64,000 nt of DNA from a virus. The notes under the pieces were generated by a model. It saw only the letters and a list, made by a program, of their open reading frames with translations. It searched no databases and was not told the origin of the DNA. Positions within the stretch are counted from its first letter, which is position 1. The number at the start of each line of letters is the position of its first letter. Of the stretch, positions 17,030-26,506 are shown in pieces. The stretch is taken from IMG/VR virus record IMGVR_UViG_3300030490_000001, one strand, 5' to 3'. A program made the position numbers and the translations under genes.

Positions 17030-18208
17030 ATGAATCAGCAAATTTCCAACTCTGACACTCAAGATCAGGGGGTTGCAGCCAGAAATGCGTTTGACCGCAT
17101 GATGATGGACAGCAACACATCCATGAACTCCGGAGCTGTGGCTATCGAGTCGCAGCGCGCCATCGCGGAAGCGCGCGGCCAGATGCAGCTTGCGCGGATG
17201 TTCCCGCGCAGCCTCCACGCCGCTACGAAAGAATTCCTGGAGTCATGCAAGTCACCCGAATTCGCAGCCGAGGCGTTCTACACCGTCAAGAATCGCGGCA
17301 GCGGCCCCAGCATCCGCTTTGCTGAAGAGGCCGCGCGATGCTTCGGTCATTTCGACTACGGCCACCGCGAGCTGTCACGCAGTGAGGGCAAGTCGGAAAT
17401 CGAGGTCTTCGCCTGGGACAAGGAAAAGAACAACGTCTCCAAGCGCCAGATAACCGTCATGCACGTGCTGGATGCCGGCGGTGGATCGCGCAAGCTGACC
17501 CAGCAGGGTGATATCGACAACAAGATCGCAAACGTCGCCAGCAAGCAGATGCGCGGCCGTATCCTAGCGCTCCTCCCCAAGCCATTGATCGCGACAGGCA
17601 AAGCCGAGTGCCAGCGCACGCTTGCCGGAGGCAATGATAAGCCGATGCCTGAGCGCATCCTGCGCGTTACGCAGCGCTTTGAGCGCATGGGCATCACGCC
17701 AGCACAGATCGCCACCTACCTCGGCAATTCCGTCGATGAGATGACCGCCGAGCAGATCGGCGACCTGCAGGGCGTGTTCAACGCGATCAAGGAAGGCGCC
17801 AATATCTCCGAATACTTCGGCGGCGATGCTGAGCATGGTCAGGACGGCGAGCAGCAGGACACCGGCGCGGCGATTGCCAGCCTGCAGAACCGCGCTACGA
17901 GCAACGGCCCGGCAAAGCAGGGTGACAAACCCTCCCCGGCCAGCAGCGCCGACAAGGCCACCGCCCAGGGTGCCGCAAAGGCATCCGGCACCGGTGACAG
18001 CTCGGGCAACGCTGATCCCGTGGCTGAGTCTGCATCCAGTCAGAAACAAACGGCAGCCAAGAAAGAAACGGCGGCCAAGAAAGCCGCACCAACCCCGGCA
18101 CCGGAGCCGGAGACTGAAGGCGAGCCGAAGCTGGAAGCCGAGCGGGCAACTGAGCAGAATGCGGCTGACGGTCAAGACGATGCCGGTGACGGGGATGACG
18201 TGTTTTGA
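17030..18208 (+). CDS. putative single-strand annealing / recombination protein with an acidic low-complexity tail
   Basis: 392 aa, sited between the ATPase and helicase of the recombination module. The SIRFAEEAARCFGH..VFAWDKEKN segment reminds me of RecT/Red-beta-like SSAPs. The function is inferred from context. Confidence 0.45.
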   Translation: MNQQISNSDTQDQGVAARNAFDRMMMDSNTSMNSGAVAIESQRAIAEARGQMQLARMFPRSLHAATKEFLESCKSPEFAAEAFYTVKNRGSGPSIRFAEEAARCFGHFDYGHRELSRSEGKSEIEVFAWDKEKNNVSKRQITVMHVLDAGGGSRKLTQQGDIDNKIANVASKQMRGRILALLPKPLIATGKAECQRTLAGGNDKPMPERILRVTQRFERMGITPAQIATYLGNSVDEMTAEQIGDLQGVFNAIKEGANISEYFGGDAEHGQDGEQQDTGAAIASLQNRATSNGPAKQGDKPSPASSADKATAQGAAKASGTGDSSGNADPVAESASSQKQTAAKKETAAKKAAPTPAPEPETEGEPKLEAERATEQNAADGQDDAGDGDDVF

Positions 18209-18396
18209 ATCGCCAATTCCTGAGTCCGCAGCAAGTTGTAGAACGGTACGGAGAAAACGCGCCATCCATCCATACCCTGGAGAGCTGGCGCCGCTCAGCA
18301 AACAAAGGGATGGGGCCTGACTTCGTCAGGCTTGGTCGAAAGGTCGCCTACCCGATGGACAAGCTTATTGAATGGGAAAATCGGGGAAATCCCTGA
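18205..18396 (+). CDS. AlpA/excisionase-like HTH protein
   Basis: 63 aa. LSPQQVVERYG......L..WR......P.FV.LGR.V.Y fits the AlpA/Xis-type winged HTH pattern. Confidence 0.55.
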   Translation: MNRQFLSPQQVVERYGENAPSIHTLESWRRSANKGMGPDFVRLGRKVAYPMDKLIEWENRGNP

Positions 18397-18445
18397 CTCT
18401 GTTCACGAATCGGGCGGCACGATCGTGCCGCCCTTGGGGATCTTC

Positions 18446-19564
18446 ATGCATTGGTCTAAACAGCAGGCCGACGCCATAACGGCGGTCGGCAAGTGGCTGG
18501 CTGATAAAAAACGCAAACAGGTATTTCGATTGTTCGGGTACGCTGGCACGGGCAAGACCACGCTGGCGGTGCACATTCGTGACCTGGTCAAAGGTGATGT
18601 CCTGTTCGCGTGCTTCACAGGAAAGGCCGCGCTCGTGATGCAGTCGAAGGGGTGCGATGGCGCGAGCACCATTCACGGCCTCATCTATCGCCCCATTGAG
18701 TGCGCTGTCACCGGCATCACCGAGTTCGCCATCAACTACGACAGCCCGCTTGCTTCAGCGAAGCTGCTGATCGTCGACGAGGTCTCGATGGTGGATGAGA
18801 AGCTGGCGCGCGACCTGCTTTCGTTCCGCGTTCCGGCGCTCGTGCTCGGAGACCCCGCGCAGCTACCGCCGGTGAAGGGCGAGGGCTTTTTCATCAATGG
18901 TGAGCCTGACGTCATGCTGACGGATGTGCATCGGCAGGCGGCAGACAATCCCATCATCCGCATGAGCATCGATATCCGCGAGGGTCGAGGTATCACGACC
19001 GGGCGCTATGGCGAGAGCCTTGTAGTGCGTCGCAAGGACATCGGTAAGGATGAATTGGCCGACGCTGTGCGCACCGCCGACCAGGTCATCTGCGGGCGCA
19101 ACAAGACGCGGCAGTCGTTCAACCTGCGTGCGCGCGAGATCAAGGGCATCGTCGGTAAGCTGGAGGCGTGGCACCCGGTCGAGGGCGACAAGCTGGTGTG
19201 CCTGCGCAATGACAGCACCAAGGGCCTGCTAAACGGCGGCTTATGGGAGGCGACTCAGGCATCTATTGCGGGAGCCAAGATCAAGCTGCGCGTCAAGTCG
19301 CTGGATAACCCGCTGCTAGCGCATGTGGACGTCAACGTGCTGCGCGATTTCTTCCTGGGTACCGAGGGTGACCTTGACTGGAAGATCAAGCGCAAGAGCG
19401 ATCAGTTCACCTATGGGCAGGTTCTGACCTGTCACAAGAGCCAAGGTAGCGCCTGGCCTCATGTCCTGGTGTTCGACGAGTCATCGGCGTTCCGCGAGGA
19501 CGCCGACAAATGGCTATACACAGCTTGCACCCGCGCCGCTGAGCGCGTAACCGTAATCATATGA
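18446..19564 (+). CDS. RecD/Dda-like SF1 helicase
   Basis: ORF trimmed to ATG 18446. It has Walker A GYAGTGKTT, LIVDEVSM, and a C-terminal TCHKSQGS ... TACTRA typical of RecD-like helicases. Confidence 0.8.
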   Translation: MHWSKQQADAITAVGKWLADKKRKQVFRLFGYAGTGKTTLAVHIRDLVKGDVLFACFTGKAALVMQSKGCDGASTIHGLIYRPIECAVTGITEFAINYDSPLASAKLLIVDEVSMVDEKLARDLLSFRVPALVLGDPAQLPPVKGEGFFINGEPDVMLTDVHRQAADNPIIRMSIDIREGRGITTGRYGESLVVRRKDIGKDELADAVRTADQVICGRNKTRQSFNLRAREIKGIVGKLEAWHPVEGDKLVCLRNDSTKGLLNGGLWEATQASIAGAKIKLRVKSLDNPLLAHVDVNVLRDFFLGTEGDLDWKIKRKSDQFTYGQVLTCHKSQGSAWPHVLVFDESSAFREDADKWLYTACTRAAERVTVII

Positions 19565-19574
19565 GGAGTAACCC

Positions 19575-20024
19575 ATGATCGTTCCTGTCAAGGTAAAAAA
19601 GCTACACCCCGATGCCACCACGCCGCGCTACGCGACCGATGGTGCCGCGTGCTTTGACTTACATGCGCTAGACGATGGAACGCCTCATCCGAATGACGGC
19701 CATGCGGTTCACTACCGTACCGGCCTCGCCTTTGAAGTCCCTGCCGGATGGGTAATGCTGATCCATAGTCGTAGCGGGCATGGATTTAACAGCGCGCTGC
19801 GACTGTCCAACTGCACCGGCGTTATCGACTCCGATTATCGTGGTGAGGTCATGGTGTCTGTTCGTTTCGATGCCAGTGGAGATCGACGTAGCACCAAGCT
19901 GCGTGCGGGTGACCGCATCGCGCAGGCGATGATCCTGCCCATCCACACCGTTGAGCTTATCGACGCCGATACGCTGTCTGTGACCGAGCGTGGCGAGGGT
20001 GGTTTTGGCAGCACGGGAGCATGA
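19575..20024 (+). CDS. dut: dUTP diphosphatase
   Basis: 149 aa with dUTPase motifs: ATDGAACFDL, SRSGHGF, GVIDSDYRGEV, GDRIAQ and ERGEGGFGSTG. Confidence 0.9.
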   Translation: MIVPVKVKKLHPDATTPRYATDGAACFDLHALDDGTPHPNDGHAVHYRTGLAFEVPAGWVMLIHSRSGHGFNSALRLSNCTGVIDSDYRGEVMVSVRFDASGDRRSTKLRAGDRIAQAMILPIHTVELIDADTLSVTERGEGGFGSTGA

Positions 20025-20028
20025 CGCC

Positions 20029-20541
20029 ATGGGCATTTTTCAGCGAATTGCGCGACTGATTACCGTCTGGGCTATGAGTCGCGAGCCGGACGTCTATATT
20101 GGCGGCTGGGAGAACCCCTACCTGCTGCGCCACTACGTGCTGGGCGGATACATGGGCAAGGATGGCCTGCTCAAGTCCAAAACCTTCCTGGGCCTGATCC
20201 GCATCTACGTGCACGAGTTCAAGCGTAGCGACGATGACCGAGCCCATCATGACCACCCGGCTGGGAGCATCAGCATCGGCCTTGGTGGTCGCGCGGTCGA
20301 GCACACGATCGCAGTCGGCGGCATCCACCACCGACGCGAGCTGCGCGCGGGGCAGATCCGCTGTAGATCGTCGAAGTTCGCGCACCGGATCGAGCTGATA
20401 CCCGGAGAGCGCTATTTCACGATGTTCATTTTCTTCCGCAACGTCCGCGAGTGGGGGTTCCACTGTCCGAAGGGATGGGTGCACTGGAAAGACTTCACCG
20501 CACCGGAAGATCGCGGTTCGGTCGGCATCGGTTGCGACTGA
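20029..20541 (+). CDS. hypothetical protein (His/Asp-rich motif HEFKRSDDDRAHHDHP)
   Basis: ORF trimmed to ATG 20029, 4 nt after the dut stop. Confidence 0.5.
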   Translation: MGIFQRIARLITVWAMSREPDVYIGGWENPYLLRHYVLGGYMGKDGLLKSKTFLGLIRIYVHEFKRSDDDRAHHDHPAGSISIGLGGRAVEHTIAVGGIHHRRELRAGQIRCRSSKFAHRIELIPGERYFTMFIFFRNVREWGFHCPKGWVHWKDFTAPEDRGSVGIGCD

Positions 20542-20550
20542 CCTATTGAC

Positions 20551-20576
20551 GATTGATCATTTTTGATTGATCATTT
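20551..20576. promoter_or_regulatory. direct repeat GATTGATCATTT x2 upstream of integrase 1
   Basis: The copies are at 20551-20562 and 20565-20576 (14-bp period), 44 nt before ATG 20620. Confidence 0.5.
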
Positions 20577-20619
20577 ATGCGCACGCGGCCCACCCGGGCC
20601 GATTTTTTTAAGGGGCGTC

Positions 20620-21912
20620 ATGCCGAAGCTCACCAAAGACATCATCGATCGCGCCGCCGCGCCAGCGTCTGGCTCATCCTGCATATGGGATGCCGAGATG
20701 CCCGGCCTCGGTGTCCGCATCCAGTCGTCCGGCCGCAAGACCTACGTCGTTCGCTACCGGACGCGCAATGGCGTGGCGAACTCCTCGCGCGATGAGCGTA
20801 CGCAGCGCAAGGTGACGCTTGGGCCATGCAACTGCATCACCCCGAAAAAGGCGCGCGAGCTGGCCGGCGAGATCATGGCTCGCGTATGGGGTGGCGAGGA
20901 CCCGGCGAAAGATTTCAAGGTCGCCAAGAAGGGACACGCTACCGTCGAGCAGCTCTTTAAGGGCTACGTCATGTGGATGCGCGACAACGGCAAGGCCAGC
21001 GCCGATGAGGTCGAGCGTGCACTGCTGACGGCAAAGACAGGCGCTGCCGCAGATGCGCTCGGGCGCACGACCCACGCATGCGAGGTCACGCCCAATGACG
21101 TCATCAGGCATGTGTCGACCTTTTTCCAGCGCGGAAAGCGCAGCTCCGCCGACAAGGCGCGCAGCTACATCGCCAGCGCCTACGCGTGGGGGATCTCATC
21201 CGCCAATGACTACACGGTGGCGCACCGGCAGGACTGGGGCGTCACCACCAATCCGGCCGCCATCATCGCGCGTGACGCTGGCGCAACCATGCCGCGCAGC
21301 CGGAACCTATCGCATGAGGAGATCCGGCGCCTATGGTCGGACACGCTCGACAGCGACTGCTTTGTGCGGGACGTTGGCGCCGCGATACGCATCCTGATCG
21401 CGTGCGGACAGCGGGTGCAAGAAACGCTGCGCGTTGACGGCATCGAGGTTGGGGATAACCTCGGCGAGTGGCATATGCCTATCGAGAAGACCAAGACCAA
21501 GCGCCGCGCGCATTCGATCCCGTTGCCAACCATCATCATGCCGACGATCCTTGACCTGATCGTCACCCATGGCACCGGACCGCTGTTCCCGTCCGACACC
21601 ATCGACCACCGCACGATCAACCGCGCCATCCGCCGGTGGCTGATCCGCGCTGACGTCGACGTCGCGCCATTCCAGACGCGTGACATCCGCCGGACGTGGA
21701 AGTCACGCACCGCTGACGCTGGCATCGACCGGTTCACGCGCGATCTGATCCAGCAGCATGCCAAGAGCGACACCGGCTCCAAGAATTACGACTGGGCCGA
21801 CTACCTTCCGCAGATGCGTGCCGCCATGGGCAAGTGGTCGGGATGGCTAGGCATCGTCATCGGAGGAGGTACGCCAACCCAGCATGGGGAGCCATCAATC
21901 CGAGCCGCATAA
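20620..21912 (+). CDS. int: tyrosine integrase 1 (P4-type, DUF4102-like N-terminus)
   Basis: ORF trimmed to ATG 20620 (MPKLTKDII..GLGVRIQSSGRKTYVVRYR). The C-terminal catalytic region has R..E...L.., HD.RRT and a terminal Y region. Confidence 0.85.
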   Translation: MPKLTKDIIDRAAAPASGSSCIWDAEMPGLGVRIQSSGRKTYVVRYRTRNGVANSSRDERTQRKVTLGPCNCITPKKARELAGEIMARVWGGEDPAKDFKVAKKGHATVEQLFKGYVMWMRDNGKASADEVERALLTAKTGAAADALGRTTHACEVTPNDVIRHVSTFFQRGKRSSADKARSYIASAYAWGISSANDYTVAHRQDWGVTTNPAAIIARDAGATMPRSRNLSHEEIRRLWSDTLDSDCFVRDVGAAIRILIACGQRVQETLRVDGIEVGDNLGEWHMPIEKTKTKRRAHSIPLPTIIMPTILDLIVTHGTGPLFPSDTIDHRTINRAIRRWLIRADVDVAPFQTRDIRRTWKSRTADAGIDRFTRDLIQQHAKSDTGSKNYDWADYLPQMRAAMGKWSGWLGIVIGGGTPTQHGEPSIRAA

Positions 21913-21927
21913 ACGCTTGCATTCAAA

Positions 21928-21937
21928 AGTCGTTACA
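21928..21937 (+). promoter_or_regulatory. TCGTGAC-core motif site 7 (variant AGTCGTTACA)
   Basis: Reads ttcaaaAGTCGTTACAcaaag. It starts 15 nt after the integrase 1 stop, followed by a hairpin plus T8 and then GTG 21990. Confidence 0.45.
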
Positions 21938-21948
21938 CAAAGCTATCA

Positions 21949-21977
21949 GGGCGCGCATACGCCCGCTAATTTTTTTA
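21949..21977 (+). terminator. weak hairpin plus T8 downstream of integrase 1
   Basis: GGGCG cgcata CGCCC forms a 5-bp GC stem, followed by gctaaTTTTTTT. It lies between motif site 7 and the TraR-like gene. Confidence 0.45.
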
Positions 21978-21989
21978 AGAGAGAATGTA

Positions 21990-22220
21990 GTGTCTGACGC
22001 CGATATTGCCCAAGTTCATGAACTGCGCGACTGGGAGCGCAACAACGCCCCTCGCAAACCAATTCCGAAATATGCTCCGAACGACTATTCATATGGACCC
22101 GAGTCCTGCGTCGAGTGTGGTGACGATATGCCGGATCTGCGACGCGAGATGGGCGTGCTCAAGTGCACTGATTGCACCAGCGCAGTCGAGGCACGCGCAA
22201 AGCAGTGGGCGCCCGCGTAG
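21990..22220 (+). CDS. TraR/DksA-family C4 zinc-finger protein
   Basis: GTG 21990 has AAGAGAG upstream. CVECGDDMP....R......C.DC is typical of phage TraR/DksA-like proteins. Confidence 0.65.
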   Translation: MSDADIAQVHELRDWERNNAPRKPIPKYAPNDYSYGPESCVECGDDMPDLRREMGVLKCTDCTSAVEARAKQWAPA

Positions 22221-22230
22221 GGCGCCCTTT
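22207..22230 (+). terminator. hairpin at the convergent junction of the TraR-like gene and the late operon
   Basis: GGGCGCC cgcgtag GGCGCCC forms a 7-bp stem followed by TTT. Confidence 0.45.
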
Positions 22231-22234
22231 CACT

Positions 22235-22531
22235 TCACTGGGGGGGGACAAGGCACGCCTGAATCGCGGCGAGCAGCTTGTCCCCGAAGTCCCGCCGCTC
22301 CAGGTGGTCAGCCCACAAGTTATCAGCCTGCTGCGCACCGGACCCCGTGAGGATGTCCTTGTCGCTAAGAAACTTGTACTTATCGGTCGGGATCTTTTTC
22401 AAGCAAGGCACCGCGATGGCGACATCCACCGTGACGGGCTTGGCAACGATGATGGGCTTGGGCATGGTGTGCTTGACACCACACGCGGTGAGCAGACTAC
22501 AAGCCAGTGCGAATACGATAAAGTTCCGCAT
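22235..22531 (-). CDS. outer-membrane spanin (lipoprotein)
   Basis: ORF trimmed to ATG 22531 (MRNFIVFALACSLLTAC..), which has a lipobox LLTAC. It overlaps the 3' end of the i-spanin gene by 35 nt. Confidence 0.55.
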   Translation of the reverse strand: MRNFIVFALACSLLTACGVKHTMPKPIIVAKPVTVDVAIAVPCLKKIPTDKYKFLSDKDILTGSGAQQADNLWADHLERRDFGDKLLAAIQACLVPPQ

Positions 22532-22964
22532 CACATGTCCCCTTGTTGGTTGGGTCGGCCGCGCGCTTCTGTAGCGTGGCGATGGTTGAGGCGTCTTTTT
22601 TCGACTGCTGAGAAGCCGTATGCATGGCATCCGTTGCCCGCTGCTGCGCGTCGCTGCTGTCTTTCTTCATGGTGGCGATGCTTGAGTCCTGGACTGCGAT
22701 GTGCTGCTCAAGCGAAACCTGAGCTGCCTGCAGAGCATCTATCTGGCTACCCAGTGTCTTGATAGTCGTGACGTCTGCCGCGACCGTAGCTCGCGCTGTA
22801 TCGCGCTCATCCACGAGCACCTTGTACGTGATGCCGGCGCCTGCGATCGCGAGCAGCATGAGCACCAACTTCCAATTCGCTACAGCCCATGAAAGCGCTG
22901 CGCTTAGGAATGTCCCTACTCCACCGGTGGCGACGCCGAAAGCCAATTTGAGTGCGGTCCACAT
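22497..22964 (-). CDS. inner-membrane spanin
   Basis: ORF trimmed to ATG 22964. It has a hydrophobic N-terminus then coiled coil, and sits downstream of the endolysin and holin. Confidence 0.55.
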   Translation of the reverse strand: MWTALKLAFGVATGGVGTFLSAALSWAVANWKLVLMLLAIAGAGITYKVLVDERDTARATVAADVTTIKTLGSQIDALQAAQVSLEQHIAVQDSSIATMKKDSSDAQQRATDAMHTASQQSKKDASTIATLQKRAADPTNKGTCDAELYRIRTGL

Positions 22965-22968
22965 GTCG

Positions 22969-23241
22969 TCAGGTCCTCGGTAGAGATGGCGCATCCGTGC
23001 GCGCCTTGATGGCTACGCCGGCTGCCAGGACGGTCAATCCGCCCATCATGGTCGAGAAGGCTCCGGCGAATGTCATTGCGTCGAAGTGCCCGGTCTTGCA
23101 TATATCCCAGATGGCCCCGCCGATGAACGTCGGTACAGCTGACCCAGACAATACGAATCCGCCAACTCGGAACGGACAATAGGTAACCTCGTCGTTCTCG
23201 GTCAGGCAGTCGTGAAGCAACTTTTTCAGTTCAGCCCACAT
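22969..23241 (-). CDS. putative holin
   Basis: 90 aa with two hydrophobic segments, immediately downstream of the endolysin. Confidence 0.5.
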   Translation of the reverse strand: MWAELKKLLHDCLTENDEVTYCPFRVGGFVLSGSAVPTFIGGAIWDICKTGHFDAMTFAGAFSTMMGGLTVLAAGVAIKARTDAPSLPRT

Positions 23242-23242
23242 A

Positions 23243-23797
23243 TCAGACCTTCAATGCGCGCTTTGCTGCGCTGTAAAGTGCCAGGCGTAGTGCAAGTCCG
23301 TTGCTGCCGCCATTCACGCGCTGCGAGATCGCAGTGATTCTCCCGGCATCTGCCAAGAGATTGAGATTCCTTTCCTGCCAGAACAGCCCGGCCGAGCGCG
23401 CAGCATTGACAGGGAGCTCCAGCAGCTCGGGATGGTTGATCAGATCTAGCTTTAGCATCGTGCCAACGCGCAGATAATTCGCGCGGCCGGTAAGCTCGAT
23501 CAGTCCGCGACCGCAGAATTTCTTACCGTCACCCGGCTCCGTATTGCCCAGCTCGCGCGCCTCGGCGGACGGCGGTTCATACCGGCGCTGCGCCGGAGTA
23601 GGCCCCCAGATTTCTTTGACGAATTCCAGGTGCGCGGACTCGCAGCCGATCTGCGCGAGGAACGCAGCGGCGCGCAATGGCGTATTGATGTCGTACTCGG
23701 TACACGCCGCAGCGATGCATGGAAGCCATTTCGTAGCGCGTGAGGAGGGCGCGCCGGTGCCTAGAGCGATGATAGAGCTGGTGAGCGACAGGGTCAC
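23243..23797 (-). CDS. glycoside hydrolase family 19 (chitinase-like) endolysin
   Basis: 184 aa. AAFLAQIGCESAHLEF..E and GRGLIELTGRANY are hallmark GH19 phage lysin motifs. Confidence 0.85.
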   Translation of the reverse strand: MTLSLTSSIIALGTGAPSSRATKWLPCIAAACTEYDINTPLRAAAFLAQIGCESAHLEFVKEIWGPTPAQRRYEPPSAEARELGNTEPGDGKKFCGRGLIELTGRANYLRVGTMLKLDLINHPELLELPVNAARSAGLFWQERNLNLLADAGRITAISQRVNGGSNGLALRLALYSAAKRALKV

Positions 23798-24156
23798 TTG
23801 TCCACCTTTTGGTCGATGCGTCGATGGATGCCTTCAATGGCCGAGCGAAGCTCAGTTGCACTCTTCTCGGTGGCCTCAAGCAGGCGTTCAACCGCCTTCT
23901 CCAGGCCGGTTACCGCCTTTGTAAGCGCTTCCTGAGTGACATACTTTTCAGCCACATGCAGTTTGTATGCGGCCAGTTCCTGGCGGATTTGCGACGCATC
24001 TTCCTTGCATGATTCCTTGACCGCAATCGACGCACTCTTCGCCGCTACCGCTTCCCTTCTGGCGCTTTGAAATAGAAACCAAAAGATGGAGCCGGTGCCA
24101 GACACTGCGACGCTCGCAACGATCGCGATGACTTCCGTTGATGCTGCGGCTTCCAT
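23794..24156 (-). CDS. membrane-anchored coiled-coil protein (lysis-cassette associated)
   Basis: 120 aa with an N-terminal TM segment (VIAIVASVAVSGTGSIFWFLF) followed by coiled coil. Motif site 8 lies 49 nt upstream. Confidence 0.45.
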   Translation of the reverse strand: MEAAASTEVIAIVASVAVSGTGSIFWFLFQSARREAVAAKSASIAVKESCKEDASQIRQELAAYKLHVAEKYVTQEALTKAVTGLEKAVERLLEATEKSATELRSAIEGIHRRIDQKVDK

Positions 24157-24205
24157 CCGCTACCTCGTTTAATGCCGTGATTGAAACAGTTCAGGTAGAT
24201 TGTGG

Positions 24206-24215
24206 CGTCACGACA
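24206..24215 (-). promoter_or_regulatory. TCGTGAC-core motif site 8
   Basis: Reads aggaaTGTCGTGACGccaca on the minus strand. It starts 3 nt after the stop at 24219, with 49 nt to ATG 24156. Confidence 0.6.
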
Positions 24216-24218
24216 TTC

Positions 24219-24695
24219 CTAGGCTGGCTGCATCGACGCATTTACTGCCGAATACGCATTAGCCGGAGGAACTGTCCACACTTCCTGCGGTGTCACTCGC
24301 CCCGATGCGCCCTTGCGGAAAAGCGGGGTTCCACCCTGCTGGAATGCCCATGCGACTAGCTCACTGCAGAACCAACGGCCTGTCTCCTGCCAGTCGCGGT
24401 GCAAGCCTATGCCGAGGACGCCGGTGTAGTCGTAGGGCTTTCCGAGCTGGCTGCGCGAAGCGGCGATGATAGCTTCCGGGTTAGCGCACGGGAGCGTCAC
24501 TCGCTGCCATGTAGGGTCGGCCGCCTGGCGTGTTGCAAGTGGCGTCACGACGACGCCATCGAGCGCGACTGCCTCGATGACATCGTCCCCATCAATGATC
24601 GCCACGTGCGACCACTGCGACCAACTGCCGGCGCGAATCATCCAGCTAAGCGGGTTATGTGGGTTCGTGCAAAACAGCAGATCGATAGTGGACAT
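24219..24695 (-). CDS. permuted papain-like / NlpC-P60-like amidase
   Basis: 158 aa. His comes first (WSHVAII) and Cys later (RWFCSELVAWAF), with GKPYDY between them. This order resembles YaeF/YiiX-type permuted cysteine peptidases. Confidence 0.5.
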   Translation of the reverse strand: MSTIDLLFCTNPHNPLSWMIRAGSWSQWSHVAIIDGDDVIEAVALDGVVVTPLATRQAADPTWQRVTLPCANPEAIIAASRSQLGKPYDYTGVLGIGLHRDWQETGRWFCSELVAWAFQQGGTPLFRKGASGRVTPQEVWTVPPANAYSAVNASMQPA

Positions 24696-25276
24696 TACGC
24701 GGCGCTCGCTATGGCCTGAATCTTGGTAATTGCGGAGTCGGCGGCAGCCTGCGCATCTTCAACCGTCGTCGCGAGATTCACAGAAGCCTTTCCGAGCAGG
24801 CGCGTCGATCGGATCGCGTTCAGGCATGCAATCCATGCGGCTGCTGTGGCGATGATGTTGTCGGTCGCCGCCTGATCTGTCATGCCGCTTGCCGTAGCCC
24901 AGCACGCGATCGTGTCCGGCAAAGTACCCGTGTAGCCGGCTGCCTTGTACGCCTGGGCATCGGTGTTAGCCTGCTGATACTCAGCGAGCATGCCCGGCGA
25001 TGCGCTACCGATGCCGTTGTATACGGACTGAGCCGTCCCATCGATCTGCAGGCATAGGTTCACCTGCGTCTGCGCGAATACTTCGGCATCAGTTGGCGGA
25101 ATCGGCGCCACGAGCAAGCCGCCCTGAATTGTGTATCCGGGCGCCGACATGCACTCCTGCCACTGCCCATCGGTGATTGCGAGAACTATTGCCCCCTCGG
25201 GAGCAGGACTATCTTCCGTATCATAAAAAGCGGTGATATTCCCATTTGCATTGTATGCCGCGAGCTTCTGGCCCAT
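24695..25276 (-). CDS. tail fibre assembly/chaperone-like protein (cassette 2)
   Basis: 193 aa, immediately downstream of the short fibre. Its N-terminus (..AAYNANGNITAFYDTED) parallels that of chaperone 1. Confidence 0.5.
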   Translation of the reverse strand: MGQKLAAYNANGNITAFYDTEDSPAPEGAIVLAITDGQWQECMSAPGYTIQGGLLVAPIPPTDAEVFAQTQVNLCLQIDGTAQSVYNGIGSASPGMLAEYQQANTDAQAYKAAGYTGTLPDTIACWATASGMTDQAATDNIIATAAAWIACLNAIRSTRLLGKASVNLATTVEDAQAAADSAITKIQAIASAA

Positions 25277-25278
25277 GA

Positions 25279-26064
25279 TTAAAATCCGATAGCTATGACT
25301 GTAAATGCTGCGATTGCGCCCAATACAGCAGTTAGACCGCCGTTCTCGACGTTTGCCCCAGACGCTGTTCGATTAGTGAGCGAAATCGTGTTGTAACCCT
25401 GTGAGGTAGCGATGAAATCCGGCGCAAATGCGCATGCCATTGGCTGATTTCCTGATGGGAATGAAATCGGCCAGGTCAAAGTATTTATACCACCCGCAGT
25501 GCTTGGCATTACGGCGCGTACCCACTGAATAACCAGTCCGCCTGGAATCTTCTGATAGCCGGAAGTGCCATTGGCAATCGAAGACGCGAAGGCTCCAGAC
25601 GCGCCAAGTTGAGTAGATCCAGCGACTGCAATCCAGTTGCTTCCGCCATTTCGAAGCTTTACCGTATCGCAAAAATTCAGCGTAATTGAAGTGACGCTGG
25701 CGCCGCTTTGAGTCATGCCGCCAATGCTGTCCGTTCCGGCAGCCTTGACAACAATCGAGTTAGATGACGCAAATACCTCAATAACTGCCCCAATTTGCGA
25801 CGCAACAATGGGTGGTAATGTCAAAGTACATGCCACGCTTGCGGAAATTGATTTACCCATATCCGCTACGGTCAATTGGGTATTTGCTACGTAGTTTGTC
25901 ACACCGGAGTAGCTGCCGAGCGCGCGCTGTACGAAATCCGTTGTTGCAAGATTATCGCTGTTATCAAACTGCGCCGGACTTTGGTTGGCCGCGACATTAC
26001 CGGCGCCATCAGGCGTAAGAAGCGACAGAACAGCAGCAGCTAGGGCAGAACGTGTACCGGACAT
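25279..26064 (-). CDS. short tail fibre / receptor-binding protein (cassette 2)
   Basis: 261 aa. It has the fibre motif PAQFDNSDNLATTDFVQ. The C-terminal domain (GYQKIPGGLVIQWV..TWPISFP) is shared with the long fibre. Confidence 0.7.
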   Translation of the reverse strand: MSGTRSALAAAVLSLLTPDGAGNVAANQSPAQFDNSDNLATTDFVQRALGSYSGVTNYVANTQLTVADMGKSISASVACTLTLPPIVASQIGAVIEVFASSNSIVVKAAGTDSIGGMTQSGASVTSITLNFCDTVKLRNGGSNWIAVAGSTQLGASGAFASSIANGTSGYQKIPGGLVIQWVRAVMPSTAGGINTLTWPISFPSGNQPMACAFAPDFIATSQGYNTISLTNRTASGANVENGGLTAVLGAIAAFTVIAIGF

Positions 26065-26504
26065 TATTTCTCTCCAACAAAGTCAGGCGTGGTCGGCAAT
26101 TCGACACGCGGAAATCCCTTTTTCGCGGGTAGGTCACGTAGCGCCTTACGGTATGCCTGGAGCGCCTTGTACTGGTCACCTGACAGCGTTGTCTTGCTGC
26201 CTATCTCGACCTGGTCTCGGTGGCGGGCGACGGCACCATCAGTTGCTGTGAGTGCGGTATTTCGTCGCGAGCGCAGTGATGCTTCGATCTGCTCAGCGTT
26301 TGGCGGAGGAGGGTCGAGAAGCGAGTGCGTTCCGCATGCAGAGACGTGCATGCGCTTGCCGGTGGTCTGTCCGCTCAAAAGCTCTTGATGCTGATCATCG
26401 CTGATTGCGATAGAGCCGGACGGGATCTTGTCGCCATGGATGTCATCGGAATAAAAGCCGATAACGAGGCCACTGGTGTCGGTATATGCGTATTTCTGTA
26501 CCAT
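26064..26504 (-). CDS. tail fibre assembly chaperone (cassette 1)
   Basis: 146 aa. The pattern ..IGFYSDD........A...Q...L ... ALTATDGAVARHRDQ....KTTL...QY.AL.AYR.ALRDLP is typical of P2 G / lambda Tfa-type chaperones. Confidence 0.75.
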   Translation of the reverse strand: MVQKYAYTDTSGLVIGFYSDDIHGDKIPSGSIAISDDQHQELLSGQTTGKRMHVSACGTHSLLDPPPPNAEQIEASLRSRRNTALTATDGAVARHRDQVEIGSKTTLSGDQYKALQAYRKALRDLPAKKGFPRVELPTTPDFVGEK

Positions 26505-26506
26505 AA

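Noticed and set aside
7588-19564. The P-loop proteins (primase-helicase, SF2 helicase, SMC-like ATPase, RecD-like helicase) were considered as possible large terminases.
   Set aside because: Their motif sets (Toprim plus SF3, DEAH, coiled-coil SMC, RecD C-terminal motifs) and their replication/recombination context argue against a terminase role.
22241-22252. GGGGGGGGACAAGG resembles the GGGGGACAAAGG iteron of the 1262-1716 block.
   Set aside because: It is a single copy inside the o-spanin C-terminal coding sequence (..LVPPQ), so it is most simply coincidence.
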